64,000 bases of DNA from Squalus acanthias. Lineage: Eukaryota. Under the pieces are notes generated by a model. The model ran no database searches, had not been told where the DNA came from, and was given only the letters and a program-made list of their open reading frames with translations. Below, piece after piece: positions 61,890 through 64,000 of the stretch. The position numbers and the translations under genes were made by a program. Within the stretch, counting starts at the first letter, position 1. The number at the start of each line of letters is the position of its first letter. The stretch covers positions 107,076,001 through 107,140,000 of the forward strand of contig CM059431.1 in assembly GCA_030390025.1 (NCBI GenBank), in the 5' to 3' direction.

Positions 61890-62121
61890 CTATATGACAA
61901 CCTTGGACAGAAGCAAAGGGAAGGTGCAACAAAACTCTTGCTACCACCAGAATTGTTATCAAGCATGCCATTGGTAACTTCAGGCAGTGCTTGACATGTC
62001 TGAATTGTTTAGAGGCATCCTTACAGTGCAATCCCCCCCACCCAGCTTTTCAGAATTATTTTCATCTGTTGCAAGCTCCATAACTTTGCTAGGTCACAGA
62101 CTACAACACAAAGACCAGGAT

Positions 62122-62840
62122 TGGGTGTCCTCGTGCAATAAACACAGAAAGCTAGCATGCAGGTACAGCAAGCAATAAGGAAGGCAAATGGCATGTTGGC
62201 CTTTATTGCAAGGGGGTTGGAGTATAAGAGTAAGGAAGTCTTGCTACAATTGTACAGGGCCTTGGTGCGACCACACCTGGAGTACTGTGCACAGTTTTGG
62301 TCTCCTTATCTAAGGAAGGATATACTTGCCTTGGAGGCAGTGCAACAAAGGTTCACTAGATTGATTCCTGGGATGAGAGGGCTGTAATATGATGAGAAAT
62401 TGTGTAGAATGGGCCTATACTCTCTGGAGTTTAGAAGAATGAGAGGTGATCGCATTGAAACGTACAAGATTCTGAAGGGGATTGACAGGGTAGATGCTGA
62501 GAGGTTGTTTCCTCTGGCTGGAGTGTCTAGAACTAGGGGACATAGTCTCAGGATAACAGGTAGGCCATTTAAGACTGAGATGAAGAGTAATTTCTTCACT
62601 CAGAGGGTTGTGAATCTTTGGAATTCTCTGTCCCAGAGGGCTGTGAATGCTGAGTCTTTAAGTATATTCAAGGCTGAGATAGATAGATTTTTGGACTCTA
62701 GGGGAATCAAGGGATATGGAGATCGGGCGGGAAAGTGGAGTTGAGGTTGATGATCAGCCATGATCATATTGAATGGCGGAGCAGGCTCGAGGGGCCGTAT
62801 GGCCTACTCCTGCTCCTATTTCTTATGTTCTTATGTTCTT
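62122..62840 (+). mobile_element. CR1 3' fragment
   Basis: QVQQAIRKANGML..LVRPHLEYCAQFWSP..WNSL; (ttcttatg)n tail. Confidence 0.95.
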
Positions 62841-62906
62841 ATTACAAAAGTAGAGAAGTTATGCTGAACCTTTATAAAGCGCTGGTTAGGCCACAACTGG
62901 AGTATT

Positions 62907-63216
62907 GGGCAACACGGTGGATAGTGGTTAGCACTGTTGCCTCACAGCGCCAGGGACCCGGGTTCAAATCCGGCCCCGGGTGACTGTCTGTGTGGAGTTT
63001 GCACATTCTCCCCGTGTCTGCGTGGGTTTCCTCCGCGTCCTCCGGTTTCCTCCCACAGTCCAAAGATATGCGGGTTAGGTTGAGTTGGCTATGATAAATT
63101 GACCCTTAGTGTTAGGGGGATTAAATACGTGGGGGTACGGGGATAGGGTGGGATATGTGTCGGTGCAGGCTCGATGGGCCGAAATGGCTTCTATCTGCAC
63201 TGTGGAGATTCTGTGT
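62907..63216 (+). mobile_element. Full-length V-SINE (HE1-like)
   Basis: A box tggatagtgg, B box gggttcaaatcc, V-domain gtctgcgtgggtttcctccg..tccggtttcctcccacagtccaaag, CR1-type tail. Confidence 0.92.
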
Positions 63217-63896
63217 GATTTTGTCAATGGGAAACTTTTGGAGGCGGGACTGCTGCTTGCCGGCTTTCAATCCCGCCTCCATCAGCTTCTGACCAACCAA
63301 TGGGATTTTCCCCACCCAGCGGCTCAGCAGACCAATTAGGGGGCCATCTGTCAAGATTTTTTGAAAGAAGAAATGTCAGTGTTTGACAGCTCTGTGAAGT
63401 TTGAGCCTCTGTGTTCAGGACTCATCAAACCTTTCAACTTTGCTGAAATCACCTGGCTGTTGCTTCGGAGGATCCAACAGCCAGTCTGTGAAATCTACAA
63501 TAAAGATGTCGGGACTCCGGATCCACAGCGGCTGAAAGCTATAGGCAGAAACAAAGGTAAGTGAACATTTTATAACACTTAACACTCACCTTACGTACTT
63601 ACCACTCCACATTTGCATCCATCACTCACCTCTACATCTCACTTTCAGACCCCGCAGACCCCCGCAGACCTCCTTCTTGACTCCTACACCCTGGCGGGGT
63701 TCTCCGAGGTCGGGAAGCCTGTACCTCGGAGCTAAAAATAGGATATAATCCCTTCCCCGCCTCGAGGAGACGGTCAGGACGGCTTCCCACCACCTGGCAA
63801 AAGGGCAAGGGTTTGCCACCTGACCCCAAATTCTGCAACTTTGCCGGCAGTCCCGCCTCCATACCCCCCCTCCTCGGGGCTGACAAAATCCAGTCC
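62907..63896. mobile_element. Harbinger-type MITE with a SINE in its left TIR
   Basis: TSD ATT; right TIR tgacaaaatccagtcc; left TIR remainder gattttgtca at 63217-63226; subterminal IR ggaggcgggactgc / gcagtcccgcctcc. Confidence 0.8.
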
Positions 63897-64000
63897 ATTG
63901 TGTCCAGTTCTCGTCACCAAACTTTAGGAAGGATGTGAAGGCCCTTGAGAGGGTGCACAGGAGATTTACCAGAATGGTTCCGGGGATGGGGGATCTTAGC

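Larger units (their letters stand above)
61234..61936. repeat. Long inverted repeat (~170-bp arms, 224-bp spacer)
   Basis: 61234-61402 pairs with 61627-61758 plus 61891-61936; outer 46 bp perfect, about 5-6 differences in the inner ~130 bp by eye. Confidence 0.95.
62843..64000 (+). mobile_element. CR1 fragment split by a MITE
   Basis: ggccacaactggagtATT | ATTgtgtccagttc rejoin to LEYCVQF; matches about 50263-50430. Confidence 0.9.

Noticed and set aside
62907..62980. tRNA gene
   Set aside because: A and B boxes run straight into a V-domain, so it is a SINE head; the same applies at 24760 and 34946.
63361..63564. ORF ending at AAG/gtaagt
   Set aside because: Lies inside a TSD-bounded MITE, so not evidence of a host exon.

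Overview
Repeat-dense vertebrate genomic DNA, most likely intronic or intergenic sequence from a cartilaginous fish. That assignment rests on HE1-type V-SINEs, SacSINE1/AmnSINE1-type Deu-SINEs, HER1-type CR1 LINEs and shark-type Penelope termini, all recognised by eye with no database search. I found no intact host protein-coding gene; nearly all track ORFs are transposon debris or low complexity. Contents: about 20 CR1 fragments; L2 fragments; a near full-length CR1-group LINE with a tRNA-like head and no ORF1 (31399-34946); a two-LTR Gypsy element lacking RT (5172-8859); a 1378-bp solo LTR (16913-18290); many PIF/Harbinger-type MITEs and deletion derivatives with 3-bp TSDs; two Harbinger transposase relics; and three Penelope-type minimal hammerhead ribozyme motifs. 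Two of the hammerheads sit in tandem around a long, near-perfect inverted repeat (61105-61941), a retrozyme-like layout. There is one candidate host terminal exon (39655-39925, minus) and several repeat-free, enhancer-like islands. Boundaries without a stated TSD are approximate.
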